Shown here: positions 8,550 through 17,094 of the stretch, piece after piece | Layout of the letters: every line of letters starts with the position of its first letter | How positions within the stretch are numbered: the first letter of the stretch is position 1 | Origin: Raphidiopsis brookii D9 | Lineage (GTDB): Bacteria > Cyanobacteriota > Cyanobacteriia > Cyanobacteriales > Nostocaceae | Direction: 5' to 3' | DNA length: 32,000 nt | Assembly: GCA_000175855.1 (NCBI GenBank) | Contig: ACYB01000035.1 | Location: 480,001 to 512,000, forward strand | Position numbers and translations under genes: made by a program | The notes under the pieces: model-generated | The model's input: only the letters and a program-made list of their open reading frames with translations | The model's database searches: none | What the model was told of the DNA's origin: nothing

Positions 8550-10451
8550 CTACTGCATTAACATTAGTCTGTGAGGGTCTAAATATATATACCAAGGGAA
8601 ATCTTGGTCTTTTATTGTCACCCATTTTTCTTTATAAACTTCCGCTTGTAGGTGATAGTCATGGATATTTTTTCCTGGTGAATATAACTTTAAAAATAAA
8701 GTTACCCGGTGGGGGGTTTCACTACTTCTCACCAACCAACAGGGAAAGGTATTTTTGCTGGGGATATCTTTTTCTGGGAGGTTGTTTTTAAAAACTATTT
8801 GATGGGCCCGAATGCCAACATGAGATGGAACATCAGATAATTGATTGGCACGAAACTCCTCAACTTCTAAGACACAACCCCAATCTACTGCTTCCACAGT
8901 TTGAGAACTAGTGATAATAGCACGAGAGAAATTTTTACACCCGGTAATTTTAGCAACATTAATAGTTGCTGGGTGTTGAAAAATCTCAGATTTAGACCCA
9001 TATTGTGCTATTTTGCCTCCTTTCAAGACCAATAAATTAGGACAAATCCGATAAGCTTCTTCCATATTGTGGGTGACAAATAAAGTCACGCCAGCATAAT
9101 CAGCTAAAGTATCTGTCATTTGTTCTTCTAAATGGCTGCGTAAATAGGTATCAAGAGCGGAAAATGGCTCATCTAACAGTAGTGCTTCTGGGTGACTGGC
9201 CAAAGCTCTAGCTAGAGCTACTCTTTGTTGTTGTCCTCCAGAAAGTTGGTGGGGATAGCGATTACCTAAACTCCATAACTGCATGTCCCCTAATTGTTTT
9301 TCTACCTGTAATTTAACCTGATGGGAGGATAATCCTGTAGGTAAACCAAAAGCGATATTTTGAGCCACATTCAAATGGGGAAACAGGGCATAATTCTGAA
9401 ATAAAAACCCAATTTTTCGGTCACGACTAGGAAGATTAATACCTTGCTCTGAATCAAATAAAACTCTACCATTCAGAACAATTTTTCCCTGAGAGGGTGT
9501 TTCAATTCCTGCTAGACAACGCAAAATCATACTTTTTCCAGCACCAGAACCACCCAGTAAACCTAAAGGTTGATTATGGGTGGTGAAATTCACCCGTAAA
9601 TGAAAACTGGGCAATTTTTTCTCAATATCTATCAATAATTGGACAACACTCAAATTATGAACTGGATCAAAAGAAGTATTTTGTAATCTCCATAATTCTG
9701 AAGATTCTGAAACTTCCACATCTTTAAGTTTTTGAAAACCTTGGTCAATAAAATTCTCAACACTCACCTGAGAAGTAATCTGAGAATTGATAACATGTTT
9801 CCTCTCTTGCCAAAAATTAGTCAGCATTACCCCTGACAAAGAAATTGACAGAATAAAGACAGCCCAAAACCAAGCTTCTTGTATATCTCCAGCTTCCACA
9901 GCAAAATAAATTGCCATTGGTATATTCTGGGTTTGTCCGGGAATATTACCAGCTAACATTAAAGTCGCACCAAATTCCCCCAAAGCGCGAGCAAAAGCTA
10001 ATGTTGCACCAGCTAAAATCCCAGGAAAAGCCAAAGGGAAACTAACTCGCCAAAATATCTTCCATTCTCCAGCACCTAGGGTTCTTGCTACTCGCAACAA
10101 ATTAGCATCAATTTGATTAAAAGCACCCAAAGCAGTTCTATACATTAAGGGGAAGGAAACCACTGTTGCAGCTATAGCAGCACCATACCAGGTAAAGACA
10201 ACTGTAATGTTAAAAGACTGTAGTACTCCACCCGCAACACCATGTTTACCAAAAAACAGTAACAACAAAAAACCCACAACCGTAGGTGGTAGAATTAGGG
10301 GAGAAATCAATATTCCCTCAATCAGAGATTTTCCCTTACCCTGGTATCCTAACATCCAGTAAGCAACAGCAATACCTAGAAAAAAGGTAATTAGGGTTGC
10401 TAAACCGGAGGTTTTTAAAGATATCCAAAGAGGTGATAGGTCCTGTGGCAT
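8550..10451 (-). CDS. modBC: molybdate ABC transporter, fused permease-ATPase ModBC
   Basis: The N-terminal half is a ModB-type permease (LGEFGATLMLAGNIPGQTQ). The C-terminal half is an ABC ATPase (GGSGAGKS, LSGGQQQRVALARAL, LLLDEP) followed by a TOBE-like tail. A ModBC fusion is known in Anabaena. Confidence 0.88.
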   Translation of the reverse strand: MPQDLSPLWISLKTSGLATLITFFLGIAVAYWMLGYQGKGKSLIEGILISPLILPPTVVGFLLLLFFGKHGVAGGVLQSFNITVVFTWYGAAIAATVVSFPLMYRTALGAFNQIDANLLRVARTLGAGEWKIFWRVSFPLAFPGILAGATLAFARALGEFGATLMLAGNIPGQTQNIPMAIYFAVEAGDIQEAWFWAVFILSISLSGVMLTNFWQERKHVINSQITSQVSVENFIDQGFQKLKDVEVSESSELWRLQNTSFDPVHNLSVVQLLIDIEKKLPSFHLRVNFTTHNQPLGLLGGSGAGKSMILRCLAGIETPSQGKIVLNGRVLFDSEQGINLPSRDRKIGFLFQNYALFPHLNVAQNIAFGLPTGLSSHQVKLQVEKQLGDMQLWSLGNRYPHQLSGGQQQRVALARALASHPEALLLDEPFSALDTYLRSHLEEQMTDTLADYAGVTLFVTHNMEEAYRICPNLLVLKGGKIAQYGSKSEIFQHPATINVAKITGCKNFSRAIITSSQTVEAVDWGCVLEVEEFRANQLSDVPSHVGIRAHQIVFKNNLPEKDIPSKNTFPCWLVRSSETPHRVTLFLKLYSPGKNIHDYHLQAEVYKEKWVTIKDQDFPWYIYLDPHRLMLMQ

Positions 10452-10509
10452 AATTTAAACTTGTATTAATTCCCACCTCACCTAATAAAATCACTCAAAA
10501 TATTACGAC

Positions 10510-10544
10510 GGGGAGATGCTAAGCATATTTTTAATATACTCCCC
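10510..10544 (-). terminator. nested hairpin downstream of the 104-aa ORF and upstream of modBC
   Basis: Outer stem GGGGAG/CTCCCC (10510-10515 / 10539-10544) encloses the inner palindrome ATGCT-A-AGCAT (10516-10526). On the minus strand it is followed by GTCGTAATATTTT, so the U-tract is imperfect. Confidence 0.3.
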
Positions 10545-10579
10545 ATGGTAGAGATGTAGCTATTTTGAATATGGTTAGA

Positions 10580-10894
10580 TTATTTGTGTATACTTGACTC
10601 CACTAAATCACGACTAAACTCCTCTGCTCTGGCACTGGGAACCAAGGTCCAACCTGCTTTCAATAGTTTTTGATAGGTTGCCCACCCCTTAGACCCACCA
10701 GGTATGGGATAATCAGGAACGGAAAACTGCCCAAAAGCTGTATAAGGTCGCCATGGTTGACCTGTGGCAATTTGCAGGTGCAGGATTTTCTCACCATCAC
10801 CGCTAAATTTAGATAACCAACACATTTGTCGAATCATTGCCAACTCCGTGTCAAAATGCTTTCTCTTAGGTACTAGTTTTCTTATGTTAACCAT
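10580..10894 (-). CDS. hypothetical protein (104 aa)
   Basis: The track start at 10918 is TTG. The first ATG is at 10894 (MVNIRKLVPKRK). I recognise no motif. The ORF is intact, is not overlapped by a better ORF, and sits upstream of modBC on the same strand. Confidence 0.5.
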   Translation of the reverse strand: MVNIRKLVPKRKHFDTELAMIRQMCWLSKFSGDGEKILHLQIATGQPWRPYTAFGQFSVPDYPIPGGSKGWATYQKLLKAGWTLVPSARAEEFSRDLVESSIHK

Positions 10895-11057
10895 GGTTTT
10901 TTTAACTTGATGTAACAATAACTACTATTTAACCTGAATTGGGCAACGGATGAACCTCTCATATTTTATTTTATTGATGGTAATCATAGACCATAACTAC
11001 TGGACTCGATTTTGGGATTGTGGTAACTTATGGAGGTCATTTAATTTACTCTATAAT

Positions 11058-11699
11058 ATGCAACCTAACTCCCGGAAGAATTTACATACCAATATTTCGG
11101 TCACTGCTGCTGCGATCGCATTGTTGATTGCTAGTCCAGTTGTAAACTCAAATGTAGCCAATGCCCAAACTAATATAACTAATACCAGCCCAGCTGCAGC
11201 TGTTGATAAACCAAAAGTAGTCAATCAATCTATTACTGAGGAACAGGTACTAGGTGCTCAAAAGGCTTGGGGAGAAGCCCTGATTAATATTAGCGCTACT
11301 TACGAACAAAAGGGAATAGCTGCTGCTAAGGATTTAGCTGGAAAAATTATTGACCAAGCCTATGGCTATCAGTTTGGAGCAGTATTATTTAAACCAACAC
11401 TAACTAAAGCACCACAAACATTCCGTACCACACGTCAAGGCGCTCTTGCTTATTTTGTGGGTGGAGATCCTGCATTCCCTTCCGACACTGGTTTTGCTCT
11501 CAAGGGGTGGCGGAAGGTAGAGATCCGCAACGTTGGAGTTTTTATTAGTGGTAACACAGCGACGACTATGGGGAATGTAGTATTCACCGACAAGTCTGGG
11601 AAGGTTACAACGGTAGATAAAACTTGGGTTTTCATAAGAGATAGCAGTGGTAATTTACGTATTATATTGCATCACTCATCCTTACCTTATGGTGGTTAA
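11058..11699 (+). CDS. secreted protein of unknown function (possibly NTF2/SnoaL-like fold)
   Basis: The internal ATG at 11058 gives a classical signal peptide (MQPNSRKNLHTNISVTAAAIALLIASPVVNSNVANA/Q). The 36-codon track extension upstream (10950) is not signal-like. The fold suggestion is a weak impression only. Confidence 0.6.
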   Translation: MQPNSRKNLHTNISVTAAAIALLIASPVVNSNVANAQTNITNTSPAAAVDKPKVVNQSITEEQVLGAQKAWGEALINISATYEQKGIAAAKDLAGKIIDQAYGYQFGAVLFKPTLTKAPQTFRTTRQGALAYFVGGDPAFPSDTGFALKGWRKVEIRNVGVFISGNTATTMGNVVFTDKSGKVTTVDKTWVFIRDSSGNLRIILHHSSLPYGG

Positions 11700-11725
11700 G
11701 AAGTGAAAAGATGGGAAGATTGGAA

Positions 11726-13102
11726 CTACTCTTGTTGAAAAGCCAACAACTGCTGTTGATTAATTCTTCCTGCTTCATACAAAGTATTAACTATTTCGGA
11801 AATAGTTAATACTGAATGACCACAATAACCGTTTTCTTTTAGTTTGTCTTTCACTCCCTTTTCGTGGTCAATGAAAACTACAATGTCATTGACTGTTAAT
11901 CCCACAGATTTAATTTTTTCAGCTCCTTCCATTACACTTTTACCACTAATGAGAATATCATCAACCACTGCGATGGTTTCTCCGGGAAGAAAATTTCCTT
12001 CGATTGCTTTGCGTGTGCCATGTGCTTTTACCTCCTTGCGGGGAAAAATCATGGGATAACCTAATCTTAATGACAACCCGGTTGCAGTGGGTAGAGAACC
12101 ATAAGGAATACCAGCTAATCGATCAAAAGTTAAACCAGTTAGTATTTTCTCATAAGCACCAATTACCTGACTAAATACCTGGGGGTTGGAAATAATTTTC
12201 CGCAAGTCGATATAATAGGGAAATATCGCTCCCGACGCTTGAACAAATTCCCCAAACATGATACAACCAATGTCAAAAAGTTGTAGAATTAAGTCCTGAT
12301 GGGGGTGTTTATCCTTCATATTGACATCAGGAAACCACACATCACAACTAGAAGTAGAATTAATTAAATCGCTTCTGATTTGGTTCAATTCTGTCCTAAG
12401 AGACCCAATTTCTTGGGATAGGTTAGCGCTGATTAACATATCTTGGGGAACCGGAATTAACAGTCCATCACCATGACTATCTAAACCCGCTGCCAAAATT
12501 GGTTGAATACTATTCTCTTGTGACCAAATACTTCGTACCATGATTATTCTTTCTGGTGCAGCAGAGCGAATAGATTTTAAAATTTCGGGATTAGTTGTTC
12601 CTACTTCTAAACATAACTGTTCAGGAGTTCCCCAAGTCTTGGACTCTTGGACTACTTGCAAATAGAAAGGAGAAGTAGCAGGGTATTGTTGTAAAATGGC
12701 CGCACTAGGATTAGAAGTGCAGCATAAAATAAAGACAGCTTTATCGGGATATACTAAAAATGGTGCAATATGGTCTTGTCCAGCATAAGGATTTAAAGTT
12801 ACTGCGTCAACTCCCCAATCTACAAATATGGAATGGGCAAACATGCTAGTAGTATTGAGATCCCCATGTTTAGCATCTAAAATAATGGGAACTTCCTTGG
12901 GAATAGATGCCATTATTTTGATTAACAGTTCTATACCTCTGACTCCCAGAGCTTGATAAAAGCCTAGGGTAGGTTTGTAAGCACAAACAAAATCTGCAGT
13001 TTCCTCAATCACAAATTGTAACCAGTTGTCTAAACTGGTGAGCAAATCAGAACCTTGATAACGCTCTGGAATCATTTCTGGGTTAGGGTCGAGTCCTAAC
13101 AA
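11726..13102 (-). CDS. pyrFE: bifunctional orotidine-5'-phosphate decarboxylase / orotate phosphoribosyltransferase (PyrF-PyrE fusion); N-terminus apparently frameshifted
   Basis: The N-terminal half is a type-2 OMP decarboxylase (GLDPNPE, ILDAKHGDLNTT). The C-terminal half is a PRTase (IAVVDDILISGKS). The track start at 13102 is TTG. A conserved-looking N-terminal segment lies in another frame at 13103-13157 (see finding). Confidence 0.85.
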   Translation of the reverse strand: MLGLDPNPEMIPERYQGSDLLTSLDNWLQFVIEETADFVCAYKPTLGFYQALGVRGIELLIKIMASIPKEVPIILDAKHGDLNTTSMFAHSIFVDWGVDAVTLNPYAGQDHIAPFLVYPDKAVFILCCTSNPSAAILQQYPATSPFYLQVVQESKTWGTPEQLCLEVGTTNPEILKSIRSAAPERIIMVRSIWSQENSIQPILAAGLDSHGDGLLIPVPQDMLISANLSQEIGSLRTELNQIRSDLINSTSSCDVWFPDVNMKDKHPHQDLILQLFDIGCIMFGEFVQASGAIFPYYIDLRKIISNPQVFSQVIGAYEKILTGLTFDRLAGIPYGSLPTATGLSLRLGYPMIFPRKEVKAHGTRKAIEGNFLPGETIAVVDDILISGKSVMEGAEKIKSVGLTVNDIVVFIDHEKGVKDKLKENGYCGHSVLTISEIVNTLYEAGRINQQQLLAFQQE

Positions 13103-13198
13103 AAAACAGACTCTGTTTGTTGGTAATATTTTGGTTTAACTTATCTAAAAAAATCATTTTTTTGCCCCATTGTCTTTTATTCAACTGTTGTCCCTTTC

Positions 13199-13948
13199 CT
13201 ACAATCCTGCAAACCACTCATAACCTTGGTCTTCCCAATAACCTTTAAAATTTGTTAGTTTTGAAGTCAAGGTCACTCTTGTTACCCATTTACTTTGTTT
13301 ATAACCTAATTTCACTGGTGTGGCTAACCGCAAGGGCGCGCCATTTTCTCTGGGTAATTTCTCGCCATTTTTTTCGTAGGCCAATAAGGTTTGTGGATGG
13401 GTGACAGAAGGTAAATCCCAACTTTCATAATAACCATCCGCTGATTCAAAATAGACGTACTTGGCACTTGGGTGAGGTTGAGCTAAAGCAATTAAATCAC
13501 GCAAACTAACTCCTCCCCATTGTACAATGGCCGCCCATCCCTCTACGCAAACATGACGAATAATCATGGATCTGTAAGGTAAACTTTTAATTTCCCTCAT
13601 ATTTAGGTTTAGGGGATGATTAACTTGACCGTCAATAATCAGACGATATTTTTCTAGGTCAATAATCGGTGTACCCCGAAAGCTATTAATGATTAGGGAT
13701 TTTGGTTTAATTTGATTATAGCTAAATTCGGGTACAGGTTTTTGCGGTTGAAATATTAACTGCTCAACTTTTTGATTCAATGGTTCTGATATTTTGCCCA
13801 CCAAGTCTTCTAATGCTGGTGTACCACAACCAGTTAGGAAAAAACCCATGCCTGAAATTCCCCATGTTTTTAAAAACCTACGGCGGGATACTTCCGGATT
13901 GATAATCTTAATTAGCTCTCTTTCTATTTCCTTTTGATTATGGTTCAT
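13199..13948 (-). CDS. molybdopterin-dependent oxidoreductase, YedY/MsrP (sulfite-oxidase family)-like, Tat-exported lipoprotein
   Basis: Twin-arginine signal SRRRFLKTWG followed by lipobox FFLTGC. Mo-ligand region IRHVCVEGWAAIVQWGGVSL resembles E. coli MsrP RCVEAWSMVVPW. Also has GAPLRLATPVKLGYKQSKWV. Confidence 0.8.
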   Translation of the reverse strand: MNHNQKEIERELIKIINPEVSRRRFLKTWGISGMGFFLTGCGTPALEDLVGKISEPLNQKVEQLIFQPQKPVPEFSYNQIKPKSLIINSFRGTPIIDLEKYRLIIDGQVNHPLNLNMREIKSLPYRSMIIRHVCVEGWAAIVQWGGVSLRDLIALAQPHPSAKYVYFESADGYYESWDLPSVTHPQTLLAYEKNGEKLPRENGAPLRLATPVKLGYKQSKWVTRVTLTSKLTNFKGYWEDQGYEWFAGL

Positions 13949-13989
13949 GATTATGGTTCAATGATTTTCAATTAATTAAAAATACCAGT

Positions 13990-14598
13990 CTACCAAAACA
14001 TGGATTCAAGTAATTTATCTCCTCCCGCTCTTTTACCTAGTTGCCAATGAATGACTACAAATATAATTATCAACGGTACGGAAGCAAAATGCACAATTCT
14101 TAATCCTTGCCAGTTGCCAAATATATCCACTAGCCATGGAAATTGGGCTGGTTTATACATCCCTATACCCGTGCATATTGCTAACAAAAGAATGGGAATA
14201 ATAGCTGTGTAAACAATGCGATGCCAGCTATAGGTAAGACGTTTAATATTGTCGGTTTTCTGCAAAGCTTTAATGTCATTATTCCCCACAAACCTATGTT
14301 GCCAACGTCTGGTCAATAAAATGTATATTCCATAGCTAAAAAGATTCACTGAAAATAGCCACATAGCTGCAAAATGCCAGTGTCTACCTCCTGCTAACCA
14401 AGCTCCTAAAGTAAAAATAGGGGGAATGTGTAATCCCCCACGACCACCAAAAACTGGGTTAGCATTGTAAATTTGTAGTCCACTGGTAATCATCAGAAAA
14501 AGACTGACTATATTCAAACTGTGAAAGATTTTGACCGCAAGATCTTGCTTGGGTAATTTCTGAGATTTTCTGGTCGAGTTCCTATCTATATCTATCAT
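13990..14598 (-). CDS. cytochrome b (b561 / Ni-Fe hydrogenase b-type cytochrome family) membrane subunit
   Basis: Four predicted TM helices with conserved His residues (IFHSLN, GRHWHFAAMW, RIVHFASV, VVIHWQ). It lies 41 nt upstream of the Mo-oxidoreductase gene on the same strand. The track start at 14604 is TTG; the ATG is at 14598. Confidence 0.72.
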   Translation of the reverse strand: MIDIDRNSTRKSQKLPKQDLAVKIFHSLNIVSLFLMITSGLQIYNANPVFGGRGGLHIPPIFTLGAWLAGGRHWHFAAMWLFSVNLFSYGIYILLTRRWQHRFVGNNDIKALQKTDNIKRLTYSWHRIVYTAIIPILLLAICTGIGMYKPAQFPWLVDIFGNWQGLRIVHFASVPLIIIFVVIHWQLGKRAGGDKLLESMFW

Positions 14599-14626
14599 AT
14601 TCAAGTTTTACTTTCTCATGTTTATA

Positions 14627-15127
14627 TTAGTCATCTGTTAATTTAAATGCGGCAGTTAAAGCTAAAGCTAAGGCATCTGCTGCATCATCGGGTTGAGGAA
14701 TTTCCTCTAAATCTAACTCCCGCATCACGGCTTCTTGTACTTCTATCTTTTCAGCTTTGCCATAACTAGTTAAAGCTTGTTTAATTTGAGGAGGGGCAAA
14801 CTCCAAGTAGGGAAGTCTCCGTTGTCCGAGAACTAACATGATTACACCTCTTGCTTGTGCTACTAAAATTGTGTTGGCCATTCGGTAAAAAAACAATCTT
14901 TCAATAGCAACTACGTCTGGTTGTAATTCATCTAGCAGGGTGTGCAAATCATCAAATAAAGTAGATAATCGTTGGGTGATTTCCATATCAGAGGGGGTGC
15001 GAATCACACCGAAATCAACCATTGTTATGGTGGTGTCCGACAATTTGGCTGACCTTTGCTCCAAGGAAATCGCACCAAACCCAACTATTGCTAATCCTGG
15101 ATCTAATCCTAAAATTTGCCGTGTCAT
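14627..15127 (-). CDS. ruvC: crossover junction endodeoxyribonuclease RuvC
   Basis: The ATG at 15127 gives [18 protein letters not shown], the catalytic Asp motif at the canonical N-terminus. Also has VVAIERLFF and [10 protein letters not shown]. The track extension to 15205 is not conserved-looking. Confidence 0.9.
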   Translation of the reverse strand: MTRQILGLDPGLAIVGFGAISLEQRSAKLSDTTITMVDFGVIRTPSDMEITQRLSTLFDDLHTLLDELQPDVVAIERLFFYRMANTILVAQARGVIMLVLGQRRLPYLEFAPPQIKQALTSYGKAEKIEVQEAVMRELDLEEIPQPDDAADALALALTAAFKLTDD

Positions 15128-15276
15128 AAATAATAATTCCGGTTTCTGGATTGAAATTTGGTTGACCCAGGACTTGGTTGGGAGTTTCCGGTTAGCAATG
15201 GCCAAATCATGAAGGATTAAATACTAGATAGTATATAATTTTAAACACTTCCTGTACCATACTCCCTTTTTTAGGT

Positions 15277-16647
15277 ATGTCCATCGGTTTTCTGAAACAG
15301 GCTATTAATGCTATACACAACCAACCATATAGCAGCACTACCCATCGGGTCAACCAATGGTTTAAATGGTTATCTCCTGGAATATCGGTGAAACGGTGGT
15401 TTATGGTCACTGTCAGCGGTGTCCTCCTAGCCATTTTGGGTTTGGCCATTTGGATGAAGCTAACCCCCATCTTTTGGATCTTAGAGTTACTCAAGGGTTT
15501 ATTGGCCCTTTTAACGGACATTTTACCCCACTATGTCAGTGGACCCTTAGTTTTGTTATTGGGTGGACTCCTAGTGCTTTGGGGACAATCTCGCACCGTG
15601 GGTTCCATTACTCAAGCTTTAAGACCACAGGGATCCCAAGAGGAACTCATAGATGTGATCTTAGCACATCATCGTTTGTATCGAGGTCCAAAAATTGTGG
15701 TTGTTGGCGGTGGTACTGGACTTTCTACCCTACTAAGGGGACTAAAAACTTATAGCGCCAATATTACTGCGATTGTCACTGTTGCTGATGATGGTGGATC
15801 TTCTGGTAGGTTACGTCAGGAATTTGGTGTTTTGCCCCCGGGTGATATTCGCAATTGTTTAGCTGCTCTTGCAGATGAGGAAAAGTTATTAACTGAATTA
15901 TTTCAATATCGTTTTCGAGCTGGTGATGGACTCACAGGACACAGCTTTGGTAATTTGTTCTTAACTGCTATGAGTGACATCACTGGGGATTTAGAACGAG
16001 CAGTGGCAGCTAGCTCTAAAGTATTGGCGGTTAGAGGACAAGTTCTACCTGCTACCTTGAGTGATGTTCGCCTTTGGGCGGAAATGGCTGATGGTCGTCG
16101 TATAGAAGGAGAATCTAGCATTCCTAAGGCTGGAGGTAAAATTGTCAAGATTGGCTGTCTCCCCGCCAACCCTCCTGCCATACCCGCAGCTATTAAGGCT
16201 ATTCGCAGTGCTGATTATATTATTGTTGGACCTGGTAGTTTATATACTAGCCTCATCCCTAACTTGCTAGTTCCTGAAATTACTCAGGCGATAGCCTGTG
16301 CTAATGTACCTCGTATTTATATCTGTAATATTATGACCCAACCAGGAGAGACGGAAGGATATAGTGTATCTGAACATATTCGAGCTATTGACCATGCTTG
16401 TGGCGATCGCAAACTTTTTGATGCTGTCCTGGTGCATAGAAGAAGTCCCTCGGCTCAAGCTTTAATCCGCTATGCTCAGCAAAATTCCCACCCTGTATTT
16501 CTGGACACGGAAGCTGTTTCCCAATTAGGAAGACGCATTGTTCCTGCTAATGTAATATATGAGGATGAAACGGGTTTTGTTCGTCATGACCCCCAAAAAC
16601 TAGCTAGGGTTCTATTAAAATGGTATGGTGCTGCGAGTAAAAAATAG
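15277..16647 (+). CDS. YvcK/CofD-family gluconeogenesis-factor-like protein with N-terminal TM extension
   Basis: Contains [42 protein letters not shown] and [15 protein letters not shown]. About 110 aa of hydrophobic N-terminal extension precede the domain. Confidence 0.88.
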   Translation: MSIGFLKQAINAIHNQPYSSTTHRVNQWFKWLSPGISVKRWFMVTVSGVLLAILGLAIWMKLTPIFWILELLKGLLALLTDILPHYVSGPLVLLLGGLLVLWGQSRTVGSITQALRPQGSQEELIDVILAHHRLYRGPKIVVVGGGTGLSTLLRGLKTYSANITAIVTVADDGGSSGRLRQEFGVLPPGDIRNCLAALADEEKLLTELFQYRFRAGDGLTGHSFGNLFLTAMSDITGDLERAVAASSKVLAVRGQVLPATLSDVRLWAEMADGRRIEGESSIPKAGGKIVKIGCLPANPPAIPAAIKAIRSADYIIVGPGSLYTSLIPNLLVPEITQAIACANVPRIYICNIMTQPGETEGYSVSEHIRAIDHACGDRKLFDAVLVHRRSPSAQALIRYAQQNSHPVFLDTEAVSQLGRRIVPANVIYEDETGFVRHDPQKLARVLLKWYGAASKK

Positions 16648-16665
16648 GATCCACAAATTATTGTT

Positions 16666-17094
16666 ATGACTAGGATCTACCTGCAAGATGCAAAAGCTAC
16701 ACGGGAATTTGGCATTAATTTGGCAAAAACCCTGAAGCCAGGTACGGTAATTTTATTACAGGGTGATTTAGGTGCAGGTAAAACTACTTTAGTGCAAGCC
16801 ATAGGGGAAGGTTTAGGTATCAGTGACCCAATTGTCAGTCCTACCTTTACCCTAATTAATGAATACACTGATGGCATCCTACCTCTTTATCACCTGGATT
16901 TGTATCGCCTAGAACCTCAGGACGTAGCCAATCTCTATTTAGAAAACTACTGGGAAGGAATAGACACCACCCTGGGAATTGTGGCTGTTGAATGGCCTGA
17001 ACGCATGCCATACCTACCTCATAGCTATTTAAAGCTGATTCTGACTTATGAACAGGATAATAACTCTCGTTATGTAGAAATTATTAGCTGCTGA
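16666..17094 (+). CDS. tsaE: tRNA t6A37 biosynthesis ATPase TsaE (YjeE)
   Basis: Contains LQGDLGAGKTTLVQ, SPTFTLINEY and HLDLYRL. It starts 18 nt after the yvcK-like stop. Confidence 0.9.
   Translation: MTRIYLQDAKATREFGINLAKTLKPGTVILLQGDLGAGKTTLVQAIGEGLGISDPIVSPTFTLINEYTDGILPLYHLDLYRLEPQDVANLYLENYWEGIDTTLGIVAVEWPERMPYLPHSYLKLILTYEQDNNSRYVEIISC

Noticed and set aside
10452-10579. Possible Moco riboswitch in the modBC leader
   Set aside because: The spacer is short and AT-rich and does not show the multi-stem architecture or conserved loops I associate with the Moco RNA motif. The hairpin is better explained as a terminator for the upstream ORF. An Infernal scan would settle it.
15207-15755. 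ORFs 15207..15521 (-) and 15366..15755 (+) overlapping the 5' part of the yvcK-like gene
   Set aside because: These are alternative or antisense frames of a gene whose own frame carries clear family motifs. The products have no recognisable features.
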